Origin: Eledone cirrhosa | Taxonomy: Eukaryota | DNA: 64,000 nucleotides | Reading direction: 5' to 3' | NCBI GenBank assembly: GCA_964016885.1 | Contig: OZ024756.1 | Location: forward strand, 4,898,001 to 4,962,000 | Shown here: in pieces, positions 52,108-64,000 of the stretch | Position numbering within the stretch: the first letter of the stretch is position 1 | Layout: every line of letters begins with the position of its first letter | Made by a program: the position numbers and the translations under genes | The notes under the pieces: model-generated | What the model was told of the DNA's origin: nothing | Databases searched by the model: none | What the model saw: the letters and a program-made list of their open reading frames with translations, nothing else

Positions 52108-53128
52108 GCTGCGATCGAATGTGGCTTTTTAGCCCAGCCAATGATCTAAAATGTCTTGCACAGAGTCGGCAACCAAAACATTCACTGGGAATAGCCGGCT
52201 GTGGTTGGAGTTCATGTACTTTTGCATGTCGCTTGAGACCTCCTGCTGATTTACATTATCTGCCACATGCTTGGCAAGCATGATGAGTAGCATCTCCAAC
52301 AGCAGCCTGGTAGTCAACCACTGGTCTTACTTTATGACTGCGAAGATGACTTTCGAGTTCAGCTTTGCTTAGGCAGAGTCTCGCACAGACGCTGCATGTC
52401 AGCACCATAGGAGGACCCTCGCCGTTTGGAAGTGCAACAGCAATGCCCTTCCTCACATCCCGCTTTACTTTCTCGTATGCGATTCGAGATGCCTCAAAGG
52501 CAACTTTTCCCTCATATACAGTCTTTCTCCATTTATTACGATCAGCAGCAATATTTTCCCATGTATCAGCAGAGATGTTAGCGTCTTTCAAAGAGGCTTT
52601 CAAGGAATCCTTATACCTCTTTTTTGGTTTATGTGGCGGTCGTTTTCCTTTAACCAACTCTCCATAAAAGAGTTGTTTTGGTATTCTAGAATCCTTCATC
52701 CTGGCAAGGTGACCACTCCAACGGAGTCGTTGCTTAAGCACAATAGCTTCTATACTGTCACACATAGAGCTTTCCAAAATCTCGACATCACTGATGTGGT
52801 CCATCCAGTGAACGCCATGGATCCGTCTGAGACACATCTGATGGAAACGCTCCAATTGCTTAAGATGGTGTCGATATATGACCCAGGTCTCGCAGGCATA
52901 AAGAAGACAAGAGAGCACACATGGCTTGTACATCTTTACCTTTGTCCTCCTGCATATGTCTCGCCGACCCCAGAGTCGAATTTCTAGCTTTCCGAAAGCA
53001 TCACTTGCTTTCCTAATCCTAAGTGAGATTTCACTGTCAAGGCTGCTGTATCGATTGACAGTGCGTCCCAGATAGACAAACTGATCAACCACTCCAAGTC
53101 GTTTACCATACACATAGATATTTGGTTC
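52108..53128 (-). mobile_element. 5'-truncated RTE (BovB-like) LINE: RT thumb/C-terminus with C2H2-type zinc finger
   Basis: VVDQFVYLG, EISLRIRKASDAFGKL, TKVKMY..CVLSCLLYACETW, LERFHQMCLRRI, RLRWSGHLARM..RIPKQLFYGEL, KRYKDSLK, AADRNKWR, CSVCARLC....LESHLRSH. Confidence 0.92.
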
Positions 53129-53290
53129 ATACATACATACATACATACATACATACATACATACATACATACATACATACATGGTGGCTGCCAACTCGTT
53201 TTCGAGTACGGCCACTACTTTATATCCATGTAGGAGAACCACTACCGATGCGCTGAACGAGTGTGACTTTTTAGTCCAGCCAGCGACTTG
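53129..53290 (-). mobile_element. 3' end of an RTE-related element with (ATGT)n tail abutting the LINE
   Basis: Same sequence as 51145-51253. It supplies the spurious N-terminus of ORF 52256-53320. Confidence 0.75.
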
Positions 53291-53339
53291 ATATATATAT
53301 ACACATATATGTACATACACACATATATATGTACAGAGT

Positions 53340-53421
<82 letters not shown>

Positions 53422-54090
53422 TATATACATCGATTGTGGTGTGGTGAGACACATATATATGTACAGAGTCACTCACATATATATATATATACACATATAT
53501 ACATATATACACATATTGATATTGGTGTGATGAGACACACATATATATATACAGAGTCACTCACACATATATATACACCCACACATATATATATACACAC
53601 ATATATATATACACACATATATATATACACACATATATATATACACACATATATATATACACATATATATATGTACAGAGTCACTCACATATACATACAT
53701 ACACACACATATATATATATATACACATATATATATATATGTACAGAGTCATTCACATATACATATATACACATATATACATTGATAGTGGTGTGATGAG
53801 ACACATATATATGTACAGAGTCACTCACATATACATACATACACACATATACATTCATACACATATATACATACACACACACACATATACATTCATACGC
53901 ATATATACATACATACACACACATATACATACACACATATATACATTCATACACACATATACATCCACAGCTGGATATATTCACACAGACTTATATATAC
54001 ACACAGACACACATATATATATATACACACACACATATATATATATACATCCAAACACACACACATATAAATATATAGATACACACACAC

Positions 54091-54137
<47 letters not shown>

Positions 54138-54581
54138 CACACACACATATAAATATATATATATACACACACACATATAAATATATATATATACACACAC
54201 ACATATAAATATATATATATATACACACACACATATAAATATATATATACACGCACCCATATACATATATATATACACGCACACACATATATATATATAT
54301 ACATCCACACACACATATATATATATACATCCACACACACACACATATATATATTATATATACATCCACATACACACATATATATATATACACACACATA
54401 TATATATAGATACACACACACACACATATATATATATACATCCACACACACACATATATATATATATACATCCACACACATATATATATATATATAGATA
54501 CACACACATATATATATATATATACATCCACACACACACACATATAAATATATATATACACACACACATATATATATATAT

Positions 54582-54617
<36 letters not shown>

Positions 54618-54648
54618 CCACACACACACACACGTATATATATATATC

Positions 54649-54689
<41 letters not shown>

Positions 54690-54857
54690 CCACACACTTA
54701 CACACACACACACACACCACACCCATCAACAAACAATTCTGCTCACTATATTCTTTAGATTCTTTTAAAGTATTTTATCAATTTTTTATTTTAATTTCAT
54801 AATAAATTTTCTATTTGAACTCAGTAATGAGAGATAATTGAAATAGACATTGCCTGG

Positions 54858-55805
54858 GGACTATAGGAGGACTGGGAGATATAGGAGGACTGGGAGATAT
54901 AGGAGGACTGGGAGATATAGGAGAAATATAGGAGGACTGGGAAATATAGGAGGACTGGGAGATATAGGAGAAATATAGGAGGACTGGGAAATATAGGAGG
55001 ACTGGGAGATATAGGAGAACTGGGAGATATAGGAGAAATATAGGAAGACTGGGAAATATAGGAGGACTGGGAGATATAGGAGGACTGGGAGATATAGGAG
55101 GACTGGGAGATATAGGAGGACTGGGAGATATAGGAGAAATATAGGAGGACTGGGAAATATAGGAGGACTGGGAGATATAGGAGAAATATAGGAGGACTGG
55201 GAAATATAGGAGGACTGGGAGATATAGGAGAACTGGGAGATATAGGAGAACTGGGAGATATAGGAGAACTGGGAGATATAGGAGAAATATAGGAGGACTG
55301 GGAAATATAGGAGAACTGGGAGATATAGGAGAAATATAGGAGGACTGGGAAATATAGGAGGACTGGGAGATATAGGAGAAATATAGGAGGACTGGGAAAT
55401 ATAGGAGGACTGGGAGATATAGGAGAACTGGGAGATATAGGAGAACTGGGAGATATAGGAGAACTGGGAGATATAGGAGAAATATAGGAGGACTGGGAAA
55501 TATAGGAGAACTGGGAGATATAGGAGGACTGGGAGATATAGGAGGACTGGGAGATATAGGAGAAATATAGGAGGACTGGGAGATATAGGAGAACTGGGAG
55601 ATATAGGAGAACTGGGAGATATAGGAGAAATATAGGAGGACTGGGAAATATAGGAGGACTGGGAGATATAGGAGAACTGGGAGATATAGGAGAAATATAG
55701 GAGGACTGGGAGATATAGGAGAACTGGGAGATATAGGAGAAATATATGAGGACTGGGAAATATAGGAGAACTGGGAGATATAGGAGGACTATATAGGAGG
55801 ACTAT
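54858..55805. repeat. purine-rich 18-bp minisatellite with 11-bp deletion variants
   Basis: Unit GGAGATATAGGAGGACTG, with variant GAGAAATATAG. Confidence 0.95.
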
Positions 55806-55912
55806 CGAAATGTCTACCGCATACGGACGCTTTAAGCATCCAACAGCAATTATATATATATATCAATAAAAATGTGAGGCCATATTCAGTTGGTCCAGGT
55901 TTATTTAAAATC

Positions 55913-55953
55913 CGTTATATATATCAGTTATGATAGCCTGAGCTCTTCAGACG
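55913..55953 (-). ncRNA. degenerate hammerhead motif (GAAA changed to GATA) in a TA-flanked element
   Basis: Minus strand reads cgt-CTGAAGA-gctcaggctatcataact-GATA-tata-TA-acg, with AATAAA downstream. Stem II is poor. Confidence 0.4.
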
Positions 55954-56053
55954 TCACAACCTATACAGGTCGTTGAACACCTCCTTTTATCTACTTCACA
56001 ACGGACAAACCCAAATGTGGTCAACACATCCCTGTTCGGTTTAATCCCTACTA

Positions 56054-56088
<35 letters not shown>

Positions 56089-56127
56089 ACAGAAAGTTTG
56101 GCTTAAGCTTTTAATCCGTGATAATAA

Positions 56128-56485
56128 TAATCGTTTCTTGCATAGGCACAAGGCCAGCAATTTTTGGGGAGGAGAAAGTCGATTAAATCGACCTCATTGC
56201 ATTACTGGTACTTTATTTTATCGAGCCCTTAAGGATGAAAGGCAAAGTTAACCTCGACGGGATTTGAACTGAGACTGTAAAGGACCGTAATTCTATGCTA
56301 CAGAGCATGGTGTTCCGACGCTCTTCCCATTAATGCCAATCCACTGCTCTAATAATAATTGTTTCTTATATAGGCACAAGGCCAGCAATTTTGGCGGAGG
56401 GGAAAGTCGATTAAATCGACCCCAGTGCGTGACTGGTGCTTTATTTTATCGACCCCGTAAGGTTGAAAGGCAAAGTTAACCTCGA
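56128..56485 (-). mobile_element. two tandem family A SINEs
   Basis: Same core as the 18.2-19.0 kb copies. Confidence 0.85.
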
Positions 56486-56555
56486 TGAAAATCCTGGACA
56501 TATATATTGTCTTTGGTCCCCAACCCTCAGTAATGGGGATAGGAATATATATATA

Positions 56556-56790
56556 ATTGGTGTTGGATGCTTAAAGCGTCCGGTAGGCCGTTTGAGCACT
56601 CAATGCCCTCGTAGAGCAGAGTATGATATCAGAGAAAAAAGAGAATCAGTGGTTGCGACGAAAGGAATTTATTGGACATATTACAATTGTTTCTAGGGCG
56701 ACCAGCTCGAGACACGATCGATGTGATGATCAAACCTGACTCTGAAATCGCGCGGTCCTCGGATACGTCTCGATTCTACGAAGCAGATGT
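56556..56790 (-). mobile_element. TA-inserted element (termini also at 28259-28378 and, reversed, at 55812-55855)
   Basis: Shared end AATTGGTGTKGGATRCTTAAAGCGTCCG..GGTAGGCCGTTTGAGCAC. The minus strand retains the hammerhead 3' half GAAA-caattg-TA and AATAAA. Confidence 0.6.
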
Positions 56791-56792
56791 GC

Positions 56793-56822
<30 letters not shown>

Positions 56823-56828
<6 letters not shown>

Positions 56829-57070
56829 AGAAATGTTAGCTATCGCCGTATTTTGACTAAAGCAATTAAAGAAATTATTTAGCCTGATAGTGGGGTTAAG
56901 AACCCTCGGAGAAATGGAAAAAGATGAGTATTGACGTACATGGGAGTCGAACCCACATCTTTGGTTATCCGGACCACTGTGCTACCATTTACACCAACCC
57001 CACTATCAGGCTAAATAATTTCTTTAATTGCTTTAGTCAAAATACGGCGATAGCTAACATTTCTAATAAT
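56823..57070. mobile_element. foldback element enclosing a tRNA-like segment (56932-56996, - strand)
   Basis: Arms 56823-56897 / 56996-57070. Minus strand has A-box TGGTGTAAATGG and B-box GGTTCGACTCC. Partial paralogue at 35014-35133. Confidence 0.7.
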
Positions 57071-57118
57071 TTCAAATCAACTCGCTGTTTCGAAAATATT
57101 CTTATATATATATATATA

Positions 57119-57311
57119 ACGAAGGAAAAGTGGTAAGGAACCAGGTGGACCATAACGCACCAAAGTACTCAATACTTAGGGTAGTAGAGTGGGTAATAGG
57201 AACAAGTAAGACCCCGACGGCTGAGCTCAAGCTGTTTCGACGGCTAATTCTGTCTAGAATTAGCCGTCGAAACGGCTTGAGCTCAGCCGTCGGGGTCTTA
57301 CTTGTTCCTAT
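57119..57311. mobile_element. foldback element in (TA)n
   Basis: Arms 57196-57251 / 57256-57311. The centre is just upstream of AGCCGTC-GAAAC. Confidence 0.78.
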
Positions 57312-57377
57312 ATATATATATATAAATACATACATACATATATATATATATATACATACATACACATATATATATAT

Positions 57378-57468
<91 letters not shown>

Positions 57469-57724
57469 CATACATACATACATATATATATATATATAAA
57501 TTATAAATTAAAGTATAGATATATATATATATATACACACGCACACATATATATTCGTAACAGCATATATTCGGCGGTTTCGGCTAGCATCTCTTTTCCA
57601 GCAGAAACCACCAAACTCGCGGTCGTTCCACGACATTTACTAATACGTCCTCTCTGAACCTTACCATGTATCCAGTATTTCTTGGTTTTGTAGTCTTCTT
57701 GTCTCCAGTACCACAGATTAAGAA

Positions 57725-58020
57725 TTTAGTGGTTAGCGCGGTGGGCTTGCTATCGGGAGGTTGTGAGTTCGATTCCCGGACCAGGTTATGTGTTTTTATC
57801 CTTGAGCAAGACACTTTATTTCACGTTGCTCCAGTTTACTCAACTGTAGACATGAGTTGCGCCGTCACAGGTGCCAAGATGTGACGACCTTAGCTTTTCC
57901 CTTGGACAACATCGGTGGCGTGGAGAGGCGACTGCTGACCTTCCAGAAACAACCTTACCCGGATAGATCTTTCCAGGTGCAAATCACATGATCATTCGTG
58001 ACCGATGGGAGTCTTAACCA
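57725..58020 (+). mobile_element. tRNA-derived SINE, family B head
   Basis: TTAGTGGTTAGCG, B-box GAGTTCGATTCC and core CCTTGAGCAAGACACTTTATTTCACGTTGCTCCAG. Confidence 0.8.
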
Positions 58021-58292
58021 TCCCTCTCTCTATATATATATGTAAAAGGTAAACAGAAATAACAACTCAATCAGTACAGTATATGGAAGGGATATATTAG
58101 GTTAACCCTTAATATAGCAGGAAGAGCGTCTTAACGTTTCGGATACAGCGTATCCCCAAAATGTATACAGACTTCAACAGCATTCTAATAAAAGTGTGTA
58201 TAAATGTTGGTACCCTTGAAATATATATAATAAAATAAATATGGTTTTATAAATATAGTTTCCATTTATTAATATCATTGATATATATATAT

Positions 58293-58487
58293 ATAAGTAA
58301 TTCCGGGTTGAATTGGAGGTAACCACAGTAAGTAAGGTACTCAATACATAGCAGAGTATAAAAGTTTTAATATAGAAGAGCTTCTACAAGACTAGAACTG
58401 TTTCATTCGTGAGAAATCATCAGGAATTCCTGATGATTTCTCACGAATGAAACAGTTCTAGTCCCGTAGAAGCTCTTCTATATTAAA

Positions 58488-58489
<2 letters not shown>
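58293..58489. mobile_element. spacer-less foldback element centred beside a hammerhead core
   Basis: Palindrome 58364-58489 with centre at 58426/58427. CTGATGA(58430)-tttc-tcac-gaat-GAAA-cag-TT-ctag. Confidence 0.8.
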
Positions 58490-58540
<51 letters not shown>

Positions 58541-58913
58541 TACACATACTCCGGCTGCGCATGCGTTACCATAACGCATGCGCAGCCCGAGTACATAACT
58601 CACAAAAACAAGATGGTGTAGGACAGAAGAAAGGAGAGACACAAAATAATAACAAACGTAGTCATCGAGGAGGTCACATAATGTAGGAAGAAAGATCTTT
58701 GATGTCACTGAACAACTAAACAACCATCCAGCTATTAAACTCACCGACTAGGAACTTAGAAACCCAACAGGTACGTGTGTTTTTTTATGTTGCCAGCATG
58801 ACCCTCCCGATGTATAACTATATATATAAAGCGTTCATACACGGAACAAAGGGGTTACTGAAGCTTTCAAGGCCCAAATTTGACCAAACTTCCAGTATAC
58901 AAGATGCTTCAAA

Positions 58914-59082
58914 TAATTGTTTCTACTTTAGGCACAAGGCCAGCAATTACCCAGTGCATTACTGGTACTTTATTTTATCGACCCCGTAAGGATGAAAGGC
59001 AAAGTCAACCTCGGCGGGATTTGAACTCAGATCGTAAAGGGACGTCCGGCCCTCTACTGATACTGCCAATCCACGAGCCCTA
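58914..59082 (-). mobile_element. family A SINE with probable TSD
   Basis: Flanked by AGATGCTTCAAATAAT (about 58902-58917) and AGATACTTCAAATAAT (about 59082-59097). Confidence 0.85.
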
Positions 59083-59304
59083 GATACTTCAAATAATGAC
59101 CTTTCTTCAGTCAAATATAGGAAGCGCTCGAAGAAAGGTCACCCATTTGCTGCATCCTGTATCCCGGGGGGTTGATGAAATTTGAGCTTTGAAACGTTGA
59201 GTGGCGCCTTTATCCCGTGTAGGAACATAAATAAATGATATATTAATCCTCTCTACATTTTTCGTTTTCACACCTATTGATATTACTTGATATCTCTCTC
59301 TTTC

Positions 59305-59353
<49 letters not shown>

Positions 59354-59439
59354 GTATATATATTTGCTCTAGGGTTCTTCATATATATTTATCTTTATCG
59401 AACCCTCTTTGGACTTTAGTCTTCACATTTATTATTATT

Positions 59440-59655
59440 ACTATATAGGAAGTCGATCGACTTTCGTCAAATCGGACCGAGGAAACAATGTTTTCGTCGG
59501 TCTTTCCAATTGCTAGTACTATCTATCGGTCGCAACTCCAGGTAGAAGGAGCAACGTGAAATAAAGTGTCTTGCTCAAGGACAACGCATCGCCCGGTCCA
59601 GGAATCGAACTCACAATCTCAAGATTGTGAATCCAATTCTCAGCCACACGCCTTC
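59440..59655 (-). mobile_element. family B SINE
   Basis: GAGCAACGTGAAATAAAGTGTCTTGCTCAAGGACA..CAGGAATCGAACTCACAA..AGCCACACGCCTTCA. Confidence 0.8.
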
Positions 59656-59660
59656 ACTAT

Positions 59661-59727
<67 letters not shown>

Positions 59728-60019
59728 ATTAATAAGTTTGGTATCTTTTTAAAGAATACAAGTAGTTAATATATGTTTAGTAGTGTGATCGAGACTACCA
59801 ATCTCCCAAACTTACATTGTCTCCTCTAAAATTATTCTCCATTGTATTACCGTCTCCGATCAGTCTTCAGCTTCAATTTATCTTCTTTTCTTATTTATTT
59901 TCTTCCATTTCACGTTTCACCTTTTTTTTTTTATATTTAACTATTTTTTTTCTTCTTGCAATTTCCGTGTATTCCAATTACTCTTCTCTACCCAGCTTTC
60001 TTCCATTAACACCAAACTT

Positions 60020-60455
60020 CCAACCAACCTCACCTCCCCCTAAACAAACACCAACCACATAACACCACATACAAAATACCAACTACACCCCCCCCCCACA
60101 CACAACACCAACCACACAGCACCAACCACATAACAACCCCTACCCATACACCACCAACACAAACACCCACCACACACCACCAACAACAACCACACACAGC
60201 CCCCCCACCACATAGACCCCCCCAATAAACCCCACACCCACACAACACCCCCATACATATCACCAACCACACAAACCATAACCCCCCCCAACTCCCCATA
60301 CATAACACCAATCACACAAACACCAAACACCCACCACACACCACCAACCACACACCATCCCCCACACAACCAACAGACCCCTCACAGACACACTACACCC
60401 ACCCACAGAACCTCCCTATACATAACACCAACCACACAAACACCAGCCACACAAC
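60020..60455. repeat. C/A-rich low-complexity tract
   Basis: Almost no G or T on the plus strand, with loose internal repeats. Confidence 0.8.
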
Positions 60456-60833
60456 CTTTTAATCTCATCTTTTTATTCTATCTGATCAGTATTCTAGAGC
60501 ACGATATCTAAACGATTGCTTCTTTGAGACAACTGTCATTGCTATTCACCAAATCACCCAATACAGAAATGCTCATCACAAACTGCTAAATATGTCACAC
60601 TACTTTCATTTACGCCATTAATATTCCCTTTCACTCACTTTCTTTTCCTTCTTGTTTTGTTGTTTTTATATTTTCTGTTTTCATCTTATAATGTCTTATT
60701 GTCAGCTCTGTTGTCTCTCTTGCATTTTATTTTTTTATTTTGGTGTGTGTATATATATATATATATTTTTGTATCTTACGCACACACAGACATACATACA
60801 CACGTATATATACACACATACACACACATACAT

Positions 60834-60901
<68 letters not shown>

Positions 60902-60924
60902 ATCGTGATTTATATAATCACTAT

Positions 60925-60957
<33 letters not shown>

Positions 60958-61399
60958 ATTATATATATATTTATATATACATACACACACACACACATTG
61001 AAATATATATTTATATATATATATACACGCACATTTATACGCCCACATACATAAAGAAATAGCCACACAATGTACATAAGATATACCCCCCCACCGACAC
61101 ACACACATATATATATATATAAATATATAATATATATTACTATTGACATTCGCTCTTATGGTTAGTTCCGTTTCATTGATTATTTACGTTTGTCTACCGA
61201 AGTAATACAGAAGCCATTTTGTAGTTGTTGTTGTCTTCAGTTATACGGAAGCCATTTTGTAGTTGTTGTCTTCTTCAATGACGATGTTTTCTACAATTTA
61301 AAGGTTGTTATTTACCATCCACTCTCTGTTTAGCTTTCTTTATTTGCTATTTCCTATTTATTTTATTTCCTGTTGATTTTTCAATCAAATATTTTCAGT

Positions 61400-64000
61400 T
61401 TGCTATCTCTACTACTGTTGTTGTGAGGTATATATGATTGTTGGTTCATTGCTATCTCTACTAGTGTTGTTGTGATGTATATTTGATTGTTGGTTCATTG
61501 CTATCTCTACTACTGTTGTTGTGATGTATATTTGATTGTTGGTTCATTGCTATCTCTACTACTGTTGTTGTGATGTATATTTGATTGTTGGTTCATTGCT
61601 ATCTCTACTACTGTTGTTGTGAGGTATATTTGATTGTTGGTTCATTGCTATCTCTACTACTGTTGCTGTGATGTATATTTGATTGTTGGTTCATTGCTAT
61701 CTCTACTACTGTTGTTGTGATGTATATTTGATTGTTGGTTCATTGCTATCTCTACTAGTGTTGTTGTGATGTATATTTGATTGTTGGTTCATTGCTATCT
61801 CTACTAGTGTTGTTGTGATGTATATTTGATTGTTGGTTCATTGCTATCTCTACTACTGTTGTTGTGATGTATATTTGATTGTTGGTTCATTGCTATCTCT
61901 ACTACTGTTGTTGTGATGTATATTTGATTGTTGGTTCATTGCTATCTCTACTACTGTTGTTGTGAGGTATATTTGATTGTTGGTTCATTGCTATCTCTAC
62001 TACTGTTGTTGTGAGGTATATTTGATTGTTGGTTCATTGCTATCTCTACTACTGTTGTTGTGAGGTATATTTGATTGTTGGTTCATTGCTATCTCTACTA
62101 CTGTTGTGATGTATATTTGATTGTTGGTTCATTGCTATCTCTAGTACTGTTGTTGTCAGGTATATTTGATTGTTGGTTCATTGCTATCTCTACTACTGTT
62201 GTTGTGAGGTATATTTGATTGTTAGTTCATTGCTATCTCTACTACTGTTGTTGTGAGGTATATTTGATTGTTGGTTCATTGTTACCTCTACTACTGTTGT
62301 TGTGATGTATATTTGATTGTTGGTTCATTGCTATCTCTACTACTGTTATTGTGAGGTATATTTGATTGTTGGTTCATTGCTATCTCTACTACTGTTGTTG
62401 TGAGGTATATTTGATTGTTAGTTCATTGCTATCTCTACTACTGTTGTTGTGAGGTATATTTGATTGTTGGTTCATTGCTATCTCTACTACTGTTGTTGTG
62501 ATCTATATTTGATTGTTGGTTCATTGCTATCTCTACTACTGTTGTTGTGAGGTATATTTGATTGTTGGTTCATTGCTATCTCTACTACTGTTGTTGTGAT
62601 GTATATTTGATTGTTGGTTCATTGCTATCTCTACTACTGTTGTTGTGAGGTATATTTGATTGTTGGTTCATTGCTATCTCTGCTACTGTTGTTGTGAGGT
62701 ATATTTGATTGTTGTTTCATTGCTATCTCTAATACTGTTGTTGTGAGGTATATTTGATTGTTGTTTCATTGCTATCTCTAGTACTGTTGTTGTGAGGTAT
62801 ATTTGATTGTTGTTTCATTGCTATCTCTAGTGCTGTTGTTGTGATGTATATTTGATTGTTGGTTCATTGCTATCTCTACTACTGTTGTGATGTATATTTA
62901 ATTGTTGGTTCATTGCTATCTCTACTACTGTTGTGAGGTATATTTGATTGTTGTTTCATTGCTATCTCTACTACTGTTGTTGTGAGGTATATTTGATTGT
63001 TGTTTCATTGCTATCTCTAGTACTGTTGTTGTGAGGTATATTTGATTGTTGTTTCATTGCTATCTCTAGTGCTGTTGTTGTGATGTATATTTGATTGTTG
63101 GTTTATTGCTATCTCTAGTACTGTTGTTGTGAGGTATATTTGATTGTTGTTTCATTGCTATCTCTAGTACTGTTGTTGTGATGTATATTTGATTGTTGTT
63201 TCATTGCTATCTCTAATACTGTTGTTGTGAGGTATATTTGATTGTTGGTTCATTGCTATCTCTACTACTGTTGTTGTGAGGTATATTTGATTGTTGTTTC
63301 ATTGCTATCTCTACTACAGTTGTTGTGAGGTATATTTGATTGTTGGTTCATTGCTATCTCTACTACTGTTGTTGTGAGGTATATTTGATTGTTGGTTCAT
63401 TGCTATCTCTACTACTGTTGTTGTGAGGTATATTTGATTGTTGGTTCATTGCTATCTCTACTACTGTTGTGATGTATATTTGATTGTTGGTTCATTGCTA
63501 TCTCTACTACTGTTGTTGTGAGGTATATTTGATTGTTGGTTCATTGCTATCTCTACTACTGTTGTTGTGATGTATATTTGATTGTTGGTTCATTGCTATC
63601 TCTAGTACTGTTGTTGTGATGTATATTTGATTGTTGGATCATTGCTATCTCTAGTACTGTTGTTGTGATGTATATTTGATTGTTGGTTCATTGCTATCTC
63701 TACTACTGTTGTTGTGATGTATATTTGATTGTTGGTTCATTGCTATCTCTACTACTGTTGTTGTGATGTATATTTGATTGTTGGTTCATTGCTATCTCTA
63801 CTACTGTTGTTGTGAGGTATATTTGATTGTTGGTTCATTGCTATCTCTACTACTGTTGTTGTGAGGTATATTTGATTGTTGGTTCATTGCTATCTCTACT
63901 ACTGTTGTTGTGAGGTATATTTGATTGTTGGTTCATTGCTATCTCTACTACTGTTGTGATGTATATTTGATTGTTGGTTCATTGCTATCTCTAGTACTGT
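61400..64000. repeat. 49-bp satellite (runs off the window end)
   Basis: Unit TTGCTATCTCTACTACTGTTGTTGTGA(T/G)GTATATTTGATTGTTGGTTCA. Confidence 0.97.

Noticed and set aside
52256-53320. 354-aa ORF as an intact gene
   Set aside because: It is a chimeric read-through of an element tail and (ATGT)n into a 5'-truncated RTE RT fragment lacking the catalytic domains.
56932-56996. Functional tRNA gene
   Set aside because: The 5' acceptor strand is missing and the anticodon arm is non-canonical. It is treated as a tRNA-derived element part.
59448-59510. Minus-strand GAAA-GTCGATCGAC-TT palindrome with upstream CCGACGA
   Set aside because: The core is mismatched, stems I and II are unconvincing, and it lies in a SINE body.

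Overview
This is a gene-free, repeat-saturated eukaryotic window. The SINE/LINE families and (TA)n/(CA)n/(CATA)n density suggest a cephalopod (Octopus-like) genome, which is an inference. All long ORFs in the track come from satellites, microsatellites or decayed retroelements. Contents: (i) satellites and minisatellites with units of 51, 48, 132, 46, 23, 35, 40, 25, 18/21, 18 and 49 bp; (ii) two decayed R4/Dong-type RLE non-LTR retrotransposons and RTE-clade LINE remnants; (iii) many copies of two tRNA-derived SINE families and a Tc1/mariner-type MITE. The main signal is a set of short non-coding elements from several unrelated families, inserted into (TA)n microsatellites. They carry minimal type I hammerhead ribozyme motifs (stem I-CUGANGA-stem II-GAAA-short, mostly palindromic stem III-UH-stem I'). 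They occur either as foldback palindromes centred at or near the ribozyme, or as 1.2-mer direct-repeat units of about 440-470 bp. This is the architecture of Penelope-like pseudo-LTRs or retrozymes. Two copies show compensatory covariation in stem I. Ribozyme activity is predicted from sequence only.
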